From positions 1 through 25,715 of the forward strand of contig JAEOTC010000102.1 of NCBI GenBank assembly GCA_016840035.1: a DNA stretch of 25,715 bases, written 5' to 3'. Positions 9,566 through 18,500 of the stretch are shown here, in pieces. The stretch is from Candidatus Hodarchaeota archaeon (lineage in GTDB: Archaea > Asgardarchaeota > Heimdallarchaeia > Hodarchaeales > Hodarchaeaceae). A program made the translations under genes and the position numbers. The notes below the pieces were generated by a model. That model was not told the origin of the DNA. It saw only the letters and a list, made by a program, of their open reading frames with translations, and ran no database searches. Within the stretch, counting starts at the first letter, position 1. Each line of letters starts with the position of its first letter.

Positions 9566-9589
9566 AAAGCCAGCTTTGAAAATTATAAT
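9566..9589 (+). repeat. 24-bp imperfect direct repeat, copy 1
   Basis: AAAGCCAGCTTTGAAAATTATAAT versus AAAGCTAGCTTTAACAATTATAAT at 10983-11006 (21/24 identical). Confidence 0.8.
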
Positions 9590-9624
9590 AATAGTTAGGT
9601 GCCGTTTTTCAACGATATAAATTC

Positions 9625-9846
9625 CTATTTTTTGTTCCCTGCTCTATGTAAATCTTCAGTAAACTCAAGAAATTCAAACGCAATTTTTAATCTTCGTTCT
9701 GGAGAGATTTTTCTTGCAGATTCTCCTTCTTGTCTTAAATCCTTCAGACGATCTTTTTTGAATGAAAATATTGCCTTTAGCTCCTTATAATTTGACTGCT
9801 CTGAGCATTCAATGCCCAGATTTTATATTTCTGATAGTAGATACAT
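9625..9846 (-). pseudogene. Small interrupted ORF, antitoxin-like remnant (absent from the ORF track)
   Basis: MYLLSEI*NLGIECSEQSNYKELKAIFSFKKDRLKDLRQEGESARKISPERRLKIAFEFLEFTEDLHRAGNKK*, with TAA at 9823-9825. The SPERRLKIAFEF segment resembles small proteins that precede nucleotidyltransferases; this is from recall only. Confidence 0.35.
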
Positions 9847-10030
9847 TCACTTTTCTGTATATGAACGTATTTGGGAGACTACCATATATTCATAATTTCT
9901 GCAGAAATTCTCATTATTTGGATTTTATCAATAAGATTAGAAATCTTCTTTTTGCATAAATCATAGGATTTCGTGGAAACAATTTTAATCTCATAATTGT
10001 GTGAATTGCAGAATCATGAGTTGAAAAGAA

Positions 10031-10960
10031 ATGAAAAGAACTATTGGGATAATGTTTATAATAATAATCACTTTTCTTTGTCAGAATCTAGTAGTGGACA
10101 AATCAACGGGAATCGATCTACCCCAAAATCCAATCATATTCGTTACTGGATTGGGAGGAACAGGAGAAAATTGGAATGGTGTGTTGGATATGTTTAAAAC
10201 TGATGGATGGCCTAATAGTTCTCTCTTTGCGTACGATTTTGCTGATAATTTAGACTGTTCTGATCAAGGGAATATAAATAATGCTAATCAGATAGCGGGT
10301 TGGGTTACAAATATACTGAGCATTACAGGATCGAATAAAGTTGATATGATTGCTTATAGCATGGGAGGGATAAGTAGTCGTTACTATATGAAGTTTCTTA
10401 ATGGAACTCATTTCGTCGATGATTATGTAAGCATAGCTAGTCCACAACATGGATCGTTGGGAACTGCTTCATGTGATTTCTATTTTGACAAGCCTAATGT
10501 ATTAATTAAAATGTTGAATGAGGGAGATGAAACACCAGGTGGTATTCTAGACGATACTGTGGGAGATCGATATGATGGTATATTGAATATCACATACAAT
10601 GGTACTCATGAACCTGGAAATGTCAATTATACAACGATTTATAGTCCAGATGACAATATCGTTTTCCCTTTTAATACCTCTAAGCTTAATGGAGCTATAA
10701 ACATCTCTTTAGATGGATATTTACATGGACAAATTGACCAAGCAATGTATCGATATATCAGAGAAGCAGTGTATGACTGGAATGATAACATGACTACTAC
10801 AACTACAACATTTCTTTCTTCCACAACAACAAAAACTACACCTACCTCCTCTACTACAACTTCAACCCAAGATAGTACTCCATCTTCATCACCTGGACTT
10901 AATTCCATTGTTCTACTATTCGTTTTGTGTATGATAACTATTTTACGTAAGAAGAAGTAG
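10031..10960 (+). CDS. Surface-anchored lipase/esterase (Lipase_2/EstA-like alpha/beta hydrolase)
   Basis: Signal peptide; PIIFVTGLGG; nucleophile elbow KVDMIAYSMGG; IASPQHG; YTTIYSPDDNIV (Asp); YLHGQI (His); Thr-rich linker, SPGL, TM, RKKK. Confidence 0.9.
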   Translation: MKRTIGIMFIIIITFLCQNLVVDKSTGIDLPQNPIIFVTGLGGTGENWNGVLDMFKTDGWPNSSLFAYDFADNLDCSDQGNINNANQIAGWVTNILSITGSNKVDMIAYSMGGISSRYYMKFLNGTHFVDDYVSIASPQHGSLGTASCDFYFDKPNVLIKMLNEGDETPGGILDDTVGDRYDGILNITYNGTHEPGNVNYTTIYSPDDNIVFPFNTSKLNGAINISLDGYLHGQIDQAMYRYIREAVYDWNDNMTTTTTTFLSSTTTKTTPTSSTTTSTQDSTPSSSPGLNSIVLLFVLCMITILRKKK

Positions 10961-10982
10961 TATGAGGAAGAACTACTCTCTC

Positions 10983-11022
10983 AAAGCTAGCTTTAACAAT
11001 TATAATCGGCGTTTGAAGACAT
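10983..11022 (+). repeat. 24-bp repeat, copy 2, running into a dif/Xer-like site
   Basis: AAAGCTAGCTTT is a perfect palindrome. 10995-11022 reads AACAATTATAA-TCGGCG-TTTGAAGACAT. Confidence 0.7.
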
Positions 11023-11070
11023 TCAAATAGAAATGTCTTGAAGATAGATAATTCACAGTTTTCTGGTACT

Positions 11071-11123
11071 AGTTAATAATTTTTCATTAACTTTATAAAC
11101 TAGTTAAGTCTTTTTTATTAACA
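11071..11123 (+). promoter_or_regulatory. TATA box flanked by two GTTAA-N10-TTAAC inverted repeats (putative autoregulatory operators)
   Basis: GTTAA 11072-11076 with TTAAC 11087-11091; TTTATAAA 11092-11099; GTTAA 11103-11107 with TTAAC 11118-11122; ATG at 11124. Confidence 0.65.
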
Positions 11124-11603
11124 ATGTTTTCATTTCGAAGAAAATCAAAATTTCCAACGGATACCCAAATAGAATTTTGGGTACTAAACCAGAAGGCCTA
11201 TTCGGGACGAAAGATAGCTAAAGAAAAAAAAGTGACTCCTGCGTTTGTTAGTCAAACCTTAAAGGAAGCCAATGAACGAATAGATGTGTTACTTAATGAT
11301 GCAGCAAAAGCTAACAAAATTAAGCTAAATTACGTTAATACAGAGTTAGGTTTTGCACGAGGTAAAAGCTTCATCCTAAAGATGACAGTTTTCATCACAT
11401 TTTCCCCCACAAGCGGTGTCCAAGTTTGGTATAAACACCAAGGTGGTTGTGTGGGATGTGAAATTTATGAAGAATGTCGAACTGCTTTACTCCAAGAATT
11501 CAAAGAACGAAATCTCCCAATTGCCAATCCAACACTTGTTCCCACTCATCTGAGTGAAAAACTCTTCGAATATCTGGAGAAGATGATTATTGATGCTGAT
11601 TGA
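11124..11603 (+). CDS. HTH transcriptional regulator with C-terminal Cys cluster
   Basis: N-terminal HTH YSGRKIAKEKKVTPAFVSQTLK and C-terminal WYKHQGGCVGCEIYEEC (H-x3-C-x2-C-x5-C). Confidence 0.75.
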   Translation: MFSFRRKSKFPTDTQIEFWVLNQKAYSGRKIAKEKKVTPAFVSQTLKEANERIDVLLNDAAKANKIKLNYVNTELGFARGKSFILKMTVFITFSPTSGVQVWYKHQGGCVGCEIYEECRTALLQEFKERNLPIANPTLVPTHLSEKLFEYLEKMIIDAD

Positions 11604-13131
11604 TTTAGGATATATGAGGAATATTCCATATCGATTTCAACCCTATTGTAAGAAAAAATCCCCTTTTCAACAAGTAGTTGAGAGGATTGATCTATCGAAG
11701 ATCCTGACTTTAATTCTCATTATTCTGATTCTTGGATTGAATATTTTACCTCCGTCGGTGGAGGAGAAAACGAAAGCGATATCCTCCTGGACTGCAATTC
11801 CAACTATTTCTCTTGAGGACAAACCGTTTAGTTCCGCATTTGATCTTGTTGAAACAGAAGATGGAGGTTTTGCTCTTCTGGGAAGAACAAATACTTTTGG
11901 CAATGATAGTACTGCTTGGTTACTAAAAACTGATTCCAATGGTACACTGGAATGGAATCGTACTTATTTTGAATCTGAGATTGATGTAGGAAGATGTGCC
12001 TTGATTCAAACCACTGATGGTGGTTATGCTTTTGTAGGATATACCACATCTTCCTGGATGTATTCAGGTTGGGATATTTCGTTAGTTAAAACCGATACGA
12101 CTGGAATGGTATTGTGGAACCAAACATTGAATGATTTAGGAGCAGAATATGCTACCGACCTTATCCAAACACCAAATAATGAATTTATCGTTGCAGGTAC
12201 AAGCTCTCCTTATTGTTGGTGCTGTTATAATGGTCCGTGTTATTCATGGCTAGTTAAAACCAATGCGGAGGGTTTACACCAATGGAATAATACTTATGGA
12301 ACTGGAGTCGCAAATGCTTTAGTTCAAACTATGGATGAGGGATTTGCCTTTACTGCTACCAGTACTTCATCGTTGCCTTCTACTGGTCGAGGTATACCTC
12401 TGGTAAAGACGAATAACCAAGGGTCTCTTTTATGGAATTACACTTATGGTAGACCTATTAATTCTGAAGATTCTTGTTTAATTCAGACAACTCAAGGTGA
12501 TTTTGTACTCATTGGAACCAATCCTACGTCTCTCTTTTATGACAATGATTTATGGCTAGTAAAAGTAAGTTCAGATGGACAGGTTCAGTGGGATCAGACA
12601 TTTCAAGATTCATGCTGGGTATGGCTATCTGGGTTGCTTCAATCTTCGGATAGAGGTTATGCTTTCATCGGATCTATAATACCAGATGACTGGGATTACC
12701 GTCATTTTGGCCGTTTTAAAAGTGGGAACTTTGACATTCAGCTAGTTAAAACCGATGTTAATGGAAAAATTCAATGGCAGCAGACTTATGGTGGAAATCA
12801 TCGTGAGGAGGTTTTCACTCTGATTCACACCAACGATGGAGGTTTTGCTTTCGCTGGAGCAACAAATTCTTTTGGTATAAGCGAGCTTTGTGGCGATTTC
12901 TATGACCCTCAGGGCATACATGGTCCCTATGGTTTTGCTTTATGGTTGGTCAAAGTTGATGCAGGGGGTAATATTGAGTGGATGCAAACCTATGGTGGTT
13001 TTGAGCTAGTAGAAGAAGTTCGGTATGAAACAATATCATATCAGACTGTTTATGGATTCGAACTCCATCTAAATGTTCTCTTTTTAATTGTGATCGTTAC
13101 TATCTTTTCCAAAACGGCTAGAAAGAAATGA
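11590..13131 (+). CDS. Surface beta-propeller repeat protein with C-terminal anchor
   Basis: About 7 repeats of LIQTxDGG(Y/F)AFxG...WLVKTDxxGxxxWxxTYG; N-terminal hydrophobic helix ILTLILIILILGL; tail YGFE, TM, KTARKK. The start is uncertain (overlaps the upstream gene by 14 bp). Confidence 0.8.
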   Translation: MMLIDLGYMRNIPYRFQPYCKKKSPFQQVVERIDLSKILTLILIILILGLNILPPSVEEKTKAISSWTAIPTISLEDKPFSSAFDLVETEDGGFALLGRTNTFGNDSTAWLLKTDSNGTLEWNRTYFESEIDVGRCALIQTTDGGYAFVGYTTSSWMYSGWDISLVKTDTTGMVLWNQTLNDLGAEYATDLIQTPNNEFIVAGTSSPYCWCCYNGPCYSWLVKTNAEGLHQWNNTYGTGVANALVQTMDEGFAFTATSTSSLPSTGRGIPLVKTNNQGSLLWNYTYGRPINSEDSCLIQTTQGDFVLIGTNPTSLFYDNDLWLVKVSSDGQVQWDQTFQDSCWVWLSGLLQSSDRGYAFIGSIIPDDWDYRHFGRFKSGNFDIQLVKTDVNGKIQWQQTYGGNHREEVFTLIHTNDGGFAFAGATNSFGISELCGDFYDPQGIHGPYGFALWLVKVDAGGNIEWMQTYGGFELVEEVRYETISYQTVYGFELHLNVLFLIVIVTIFSKTARKK

Positions 13132-13172
13132 AGTGTTAAGTTATACGTAAAATTTGATAAGGATGGATTTAA

Positions 13173-14009
13173 TTGAATAAAAAAGTACTAAATAGTTTTA
13201 TTGTGTGTTTAACCTTTCTACTAATGGGAATGGTAATTATTCCGGCTATTACAAGAGCTGATTCAGATTTTGATTGGGTAGAGACATTTGAAAGTTCAGA
13301 TTCTCTCAATGATTGGGATATCTCCCATGGAAATTATACAGTGAACGAAACTCTGGGCACTTTAGTGAGTGGTGCAGATTATTACCATACATACGCTGGG
13401 GGACGAGATTGGTATTTAAATTACATTTGGCGAAATAGTACTCCTATTACTGGTAAATGGAGTTTTGATCTTTTCCTGCCTAGTAATTTCACCTTTTTTA
13501 TCTTCTATTATGTTGGTATTTCCGCGATTGCAGATGGAAGTCATCCTGAAGCAGGGTATACGTTTATTATAAATCCGACAGATATTCGAATTAATTATCG
13601 GTATGCATCAAACAATGCAGGAAATTTAGATAGCATTGTACTTCCAGATGATTTTGATGGTTGGCATCATTTTGATATTAATCGTAATCAAACAGGGCAC
13701 ATTTGGGTGTTACTTAACGGAACTAATATTTTAAACGGAATTGATACTTATCATACTCATTCAGAAAGAATTAACATCCAAACTGAACAGGGAGCAATGC
13801 TTGATAATATCTCATACGTTGGTATTCCTAGTGATGATACGGACACGACTACTACTACAGACGCAACCTCCCAAGTTTCAAGTACTGTAACCACCGATAC
13901 GACCTCTCAATCATCCCCATTCTTGACTCCTATATTCTGTCTCTTATCGCTAATCGTCTTTCCAATCTTTAGAAGAAGATCCAAAAACCTTAAATCAAAA
14001 TTAGATTAG
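13173..14009 (+). CDS. Secreted beta-sandwich (LamG/ConA-like) surface protein with Thr-rich linker and C-terminal anchor
   Basis: Signal peptide; WVETFE...DW, GKWSFD, GWHHFDINRNQTGHIWVLLNG, LDNI; tail TTTTT...SSPFL, TM, RRRSK. Confidence 0.7.
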   Translation: MNKKVLNSFIVCLTFLLMGMVIIPAITRADSDFDWVETFESSDSLNDWDISHGNYTVNETLGTLVSGADYYHTYAGGRDWYLNYIWRNSTPITGKWSFDLFLPSNFTFFIFYYVGISAIADGSHPEAGYTFIINPTDIRINYRYASNNAGNLDSIVLPDDFDGWHHFDINRNQTGHIWVLLNGTNILNGIDTYHTHSERINIQTEQGAMLDNISYVGIPSDDTDTTTTTDATSQVSSTVTTDTTSQSSPFLTPIFCLLSLIVFPIFRRRSKNLKSKLD

Positions 14010-14084
14010 AGATAGTCTATAAAGAATCAGGACTCCCATTGTCTTAAGAATCTGACTAAAAATTGTTTTTCAGGAAATTTATGT

Positions 14085-14987
14085 TTACCATTTTTTGAGT
14101 ATAAATGATAATATGTATTCATTCACGATGTCGGGTTCTTCTAGATGAGCCCAATGTCCACACTCAGACAAAAACTTAATTTCAAACGAACCTTCAATGT
14201 ATTTCTCCGTTCCCTTGGTTAGAGACTTATCAAGGGCAATATCTTTTTCTCCCCAAATCACAAGAGTTGGACATTTCACTTTTGGTGTTCTCTTTTTGAG
14301 CTTCTCTTGTCTCTCCTTTGTCATGGTCAATATCTTTACAAGATTCCAATTCGCACGGTAATAATTGATACTCGCTGTTAATGCTCCAGGTTGAGACCAT
14401 GCTTCAACATATTTCTTCAATTCCTCCTCACTAAACAAATTGTATCTCGTGGATTCTCTAAGCATTTTTTTTAATATTTCGTAATTATTATTACTCAATA
14501 CTTCTTCTGGACCTTCCATTAATTGGAAAAGGAAAATATACCAGCTCTTCTGAAGCTGACGAAATCTTAGAGACCAAAATGCTTCAACCAATGGTATAGG
14601 ATGAGGACAGTTCAAGATAACGAGATTTTCTACATATTCAGGGGCCATCATCGCAATATTCCATGCCACTGCTCCGCCCCAATCATGACCAACAATGATA
14701 GCCTCACTTTCACCCAATGCTTCTATAAGTGCTGTGATATCTTGAGAAAGGATTAATGTATGATATTTATCCACCCCTATCGGCTTATCACTTTTATTAT
14801 ATCCCCGTAAATCAGGTGTAACAACTCGGTAAGTTTTTGATAACGCATTTATCTGATGTCTCCATGTGTACCAAAAATCTGGAAAGCCATGAAGCATTAT
14901 AAGCAGTTTTCCAGAACCTTTTTCGACATAATGTAATGTCAGGTCACCTAAATCTTGAAAAGAATGATTCCAACCGTTTTTCATCAT
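14085..14987 (-). CDS. Epoxide hydrolase-like alpha/beta hydrolase
   Basis: HGFP oxyanion motif, DLRGY, GHDWGG (Asp nucleophile), SWY and NYYRA tyrosines, WGEKD, GHW. Confidence 0.92.
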   Translation of the reverse strand: MMKNGWNHSFQDLGDLTLHYVEKGSGKLLIMLHGFPDFWYTWRHQINALSKTYRVVTPDLRGYNKSDKPIGVDKYHTLILSQDITALIEALGESEAIIVGHDWGGAVAWNIAMMAPEYVENLVILNCPHPIPLVEAFWSLRFRQLQKSWYIFLFQLMEGPEEVLSNNNYEILKKMLRESTRYNLFSEEELKKYVEAWSQPGALTASINYYRANWNLVKILTMTKERQEKLKKRTPKVKCPTLVIWGEKDIALDKSLTKGTEKYIEGSFEIKFLSECGHWAHLEEPDIVNEYILSFILKKW

Positions 14988-15014
14988 CTTTACCTACATC
15001 TAAACGTCATTTTC

Positions 15015-15383
15015 TTATTCTAGAGCACTGCGAGCTTTATCAAGGTCATCAGCTTCCAAGATTATACGAGAGTTTGTAGCAAGGTAGGTATGACCTAAAT
15101 TAACTCCAGCATTTGCTATTTTGCGAATTGTCTCGCCTAACTCACCAGGTCGATCTTCAAGCTCTATTACAAGAACTTCCTGTTCTTTAACTACCTCTAT
15201 ACCAGCTTTTTCTAGTACACGACGAGCTGTGGGAGCATCTTTTACCAACAGATGAGCTATGGATTTTCCTTCACAAGGAAAGCCACAGTGCCCTTCAATG
15301 TTAATTTTAGCTTTACCTAACGCCTCACATATATCTGCGAATGTGCCTGGCCTATCTTCTACAATTATTGTCAAATCTTTCAT
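15015..15383 (-). CDS. Tandem ACT-domain protein
   Basis: Two ACT repeats, EDRPGTFADICEALGKAKINI and EDRPGELGETIRKIANAGVNL. Start moved to ATG 15383, which follows an AAGGAG RBS. Confidence 0.9.
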   Translation of the reverse strand: MKDLTIIVEDRPGTFADICEALGKAKINIEGHCGFPCEGKSIAHLLVKDAPTARRVLEKAGIEVVKEQEVLVIELEDRPGELGETIRKIANAGVNLGHTYLATNSRIILEADDLDKARSALE

Positions 15384-15402
15384 AAAAATATTTCTCCTTA
15401 AG

Positions 15403-15456
15403 GAGTCTACCAACAGAGTTTTAATGTCTAGCTTACCATCAGATTTTGGTTTTCAG
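15403..15456 (+). repeat. Two overlapping degenerate copies of the intergenic 11-6-11 motif
   Basis: GAGTCTACCAA-CAGAGT-TTTAATGTCTA (15403-15430) and TAGCTTACCAT-CAGATT-TTGGTTTTCAG (15429-15456). Confidence 0.4.
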
Positions 15457-15531
15457 TCACTCGAATAGCTATTATAACAGCGTTATTCTTCCCAATTGAC
15501 CTCTTAGTAATTATTCACCGGAGATAATCAT

Positions 15532-18500
15532 ATGAAACCTGATGTATTGAATAAAAATAAAATGTATTCAAAGATTGTTTTTTTTATATGCTTCTTTATA
15601 TTTATTCTTCTTCTAACTCCTGTAACTTCAATCAATTCTCATGATCCACACTCTTCAGATCAATCCATAGTAAATCGTTTAACCGAAGTAAAATCTGATC
15701 TTGAATTAGCTGAATCAAAGATTCCTACAGCAGATTATGAACCCGAAGCTTACCCCTCATTTCAACTAAAAACGATTAGTCCAAGTGAAAGACAAATCAA
15801 TTTTACCACAGATACACATCCTAAACTTTCATACAATCAAAATTTCTCTGCGTTAATCGGACCATACTATGAGGTGTTTTTTGATGATTTCGACGGAGAT
15901 AATGAACCAGATTTAGTAATAGGGTCAGGTGGAGGATTATTCATTTGGAATTCGACTGGAGGTTTACTTTACCTCAATACAAGCATTAGACCAGACACCC
16001 TGACAGTTGGTAATATAACAGGTGATAGTACACCTGATCTAGTAGTATGTGTGTCTGAGGATTGGTTTGATGACATACCCTCACGGGTATATTTTATTGA
16101 TGGATCAGACTGGTCAATCATCAGATATTTTGAATTTCCTCGAATATATGGGGATATTTTTGATTATGATTCTGGGAGATCTATAGCAGTTGCTGATCTG
16201 GTGGATAATGACAGTATAGATGATGTCATTGTTGGTACCAACGAAGGAGATATTTTAGGAATAAACGGTGCAACAGGAGATCTTTTTATGAATATTACTG
16301 GAGAGGAATGGCAAAATTCCTCCTATATTCTTAGTGTTGGATCTATAGCTATTGCAAATCTTACTGGGGATGCAGTATTAGACTTTTATGTTTCTGAAGG
16401 ATCTAGTGGGGGAGATATTTATGCATTTGATGGAGCTACTAAGAGTAAATTATACCATAAGGTGTTTACCGAACCTCCATTCATATACATTGAGGAATTA
16501 GATATTATTGCCACTGATACCTCTGCAAATAACTTAGAATTTTTGAATAAAAGTACAGGTGAACTGTTATATGAAAATACTGATTCTACGGGTGATATCA
16601 AAGTTGGGGAATTAGTTGATCTTGATAATGACACTATTCCTGACACTATTATATTAGGAACTGATGAAGGCATTTGGTGGATAAATATTACAACAGGGGA
16701 GACAATTAAGTTCACTTCAGAATATCCTAAAATAACTTCATTAGATTTTGATCATTATACACCTAGTGATAATATAATTGATATTGTTGCTGGGTCAAGT
16801 ACAGGAATTGTAACCCTCAATGGTGAAAATGGAGCTAAATTAAGTTATAGTGAAGTTGCGGACGTTCTTGAAGTTCTAGTATATTATGATATTAATAACG
16901 ATAGTTTTTCAGAAGTTGTGGTTATTACTGACATAAGCTATTACCTCGGATTATATCTCTCTTTTTCTGATAATATTGATCCAGTCTTAAAATCTTGTAC
17001 CCTACCAGAATTAGCTTTACAAGGTCATCCACTAGAATTCACTATCACATATAGCGAACCTAATCTTGATACAATCCAAATGGGTTATTTCAGTGGTGGA
17101 GTAAAATATTATACCCAACCTGACTCACTAACCTCTTCAGAAGCCATCTTTTCACTTCCTCCGCTAAAAGAAAGTTCCCTACTTTTCTGGTTCTGGGCAA
17201 ATGATACCATGGGTAATATTGGAACTGAAGGAAATGAAACGGATTACTACGAGCTGATTTTAGCAGGAGATTCAGTATATCTTAATAGCGATGCAACTGA
17301 TGAGATTACAGATATAGAATTAGCTGATTTTACACAGGATGGTATACTTGATATCGTGTTAAGTTCTCGTGATGAAGCAATCTATTTTATTGATGGATCT
17401 AATGGATCAACAATAATGACAAACACAGATCCAACATGGAGCATATATTCTCTTTGTATTATAGATTTTGATAATAATAATATCCCTGATATTGCAGCGA
17501 GTTCCTTGGACGCAGTTTATTTTATTAACGGTAGTACTGGTCAGACAGAATATATTTGCGATACAATAGAAGGTTTCTTAGGTAATATCGATACAGGGGA
17601 TTTCAATGGTGATAACATCGAAGACATTGTCGTTACTACACAGGACGAACCTGATTATTTTAACGCGATTTATTTCATAGATGGAGCAACAGGTGTATTT
17701 ATGCATGGGGTCGTTGGGTTTAACAATCCATCGGAGGTTGGAGTTGCCGATTTTAATACTGATGGAATAGATGATGTAGTGCTAACAACTGATGACGGAA
17801 TTGTATGGTTTTTTGACGGAAGTGATAGTTTAAATTACAAGAATAATACTGATACAGAAGCAGGATTCATAAATTTATATAATGTTCAGTTAGCAATCGC
17901 AGATTTTACAAATGATTCAGTCCCTGATATTGCAGCCAGCTCATATACTAATACTGGAGTGGAAAGCTACTCATCTGTTTTAATTATTGACGGTTCCAGT
18001 TGGTCCACACTCTACGAAACTTCTCATATTGAATTTGCATCAATAAGTAATTTAGCTACAGGAGATTTCAATGGTGATAATATTCCAGATATTGTTGCAA
18101 GTGCAGCAACTGGATCTGAAACAGGTATTTTAGTGTTATTTGATGGCTCTACAGGAGAAATGCTCTACAATTTGACTTTTCAAGGTGAGATTACACATCC
18201 TGATCAGCTTGAACTTGTTGATTTCAATTCAGATAACATTCCTGATATTGTAGTCACGACTGAAGGCCCTAACGCAGTTAATATTGTTGATGGAAGAACC
18301 TTCAAATTGAAGTATACTAAAGATCTTGATTCAACAGCAAGTGGGTCATTAAAAGTTGCTAATTTTAATGACAACGAGTTACCAGAGATAGTTCTCGCAG
18401 GAAGTGGTTCAGATCTGAATTTAAAAGTAATCCAAGCTTTAGGTTTATTAGACGATCTCAGATTTAGTTTATCCTCTCCTACGGGCATTTCACAAGGTGA

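Noticed and set aside
9498-9600. Integron attC site (ATATAAC...GTTAGGT ends)
   Set aside because: Only TAAC/GTTA pair, there is no extended internal hairpin or L boxes, neighbouring genes are in mixed orientations, and no integron integrase is present.
9599-9959. ORFs 9599..9790 (+) and 9762..9959 (+)
   Set aside because: No motifs; the first is the antisense shadow of the interrupted minus-strand ORF.
15394-15405. Perfect palindrome CTCCTTAAGGAG as an operator
   Set aside because: Half of it is the ACT gene's RBS and no second copy was seen, so chance cannot be excluded.
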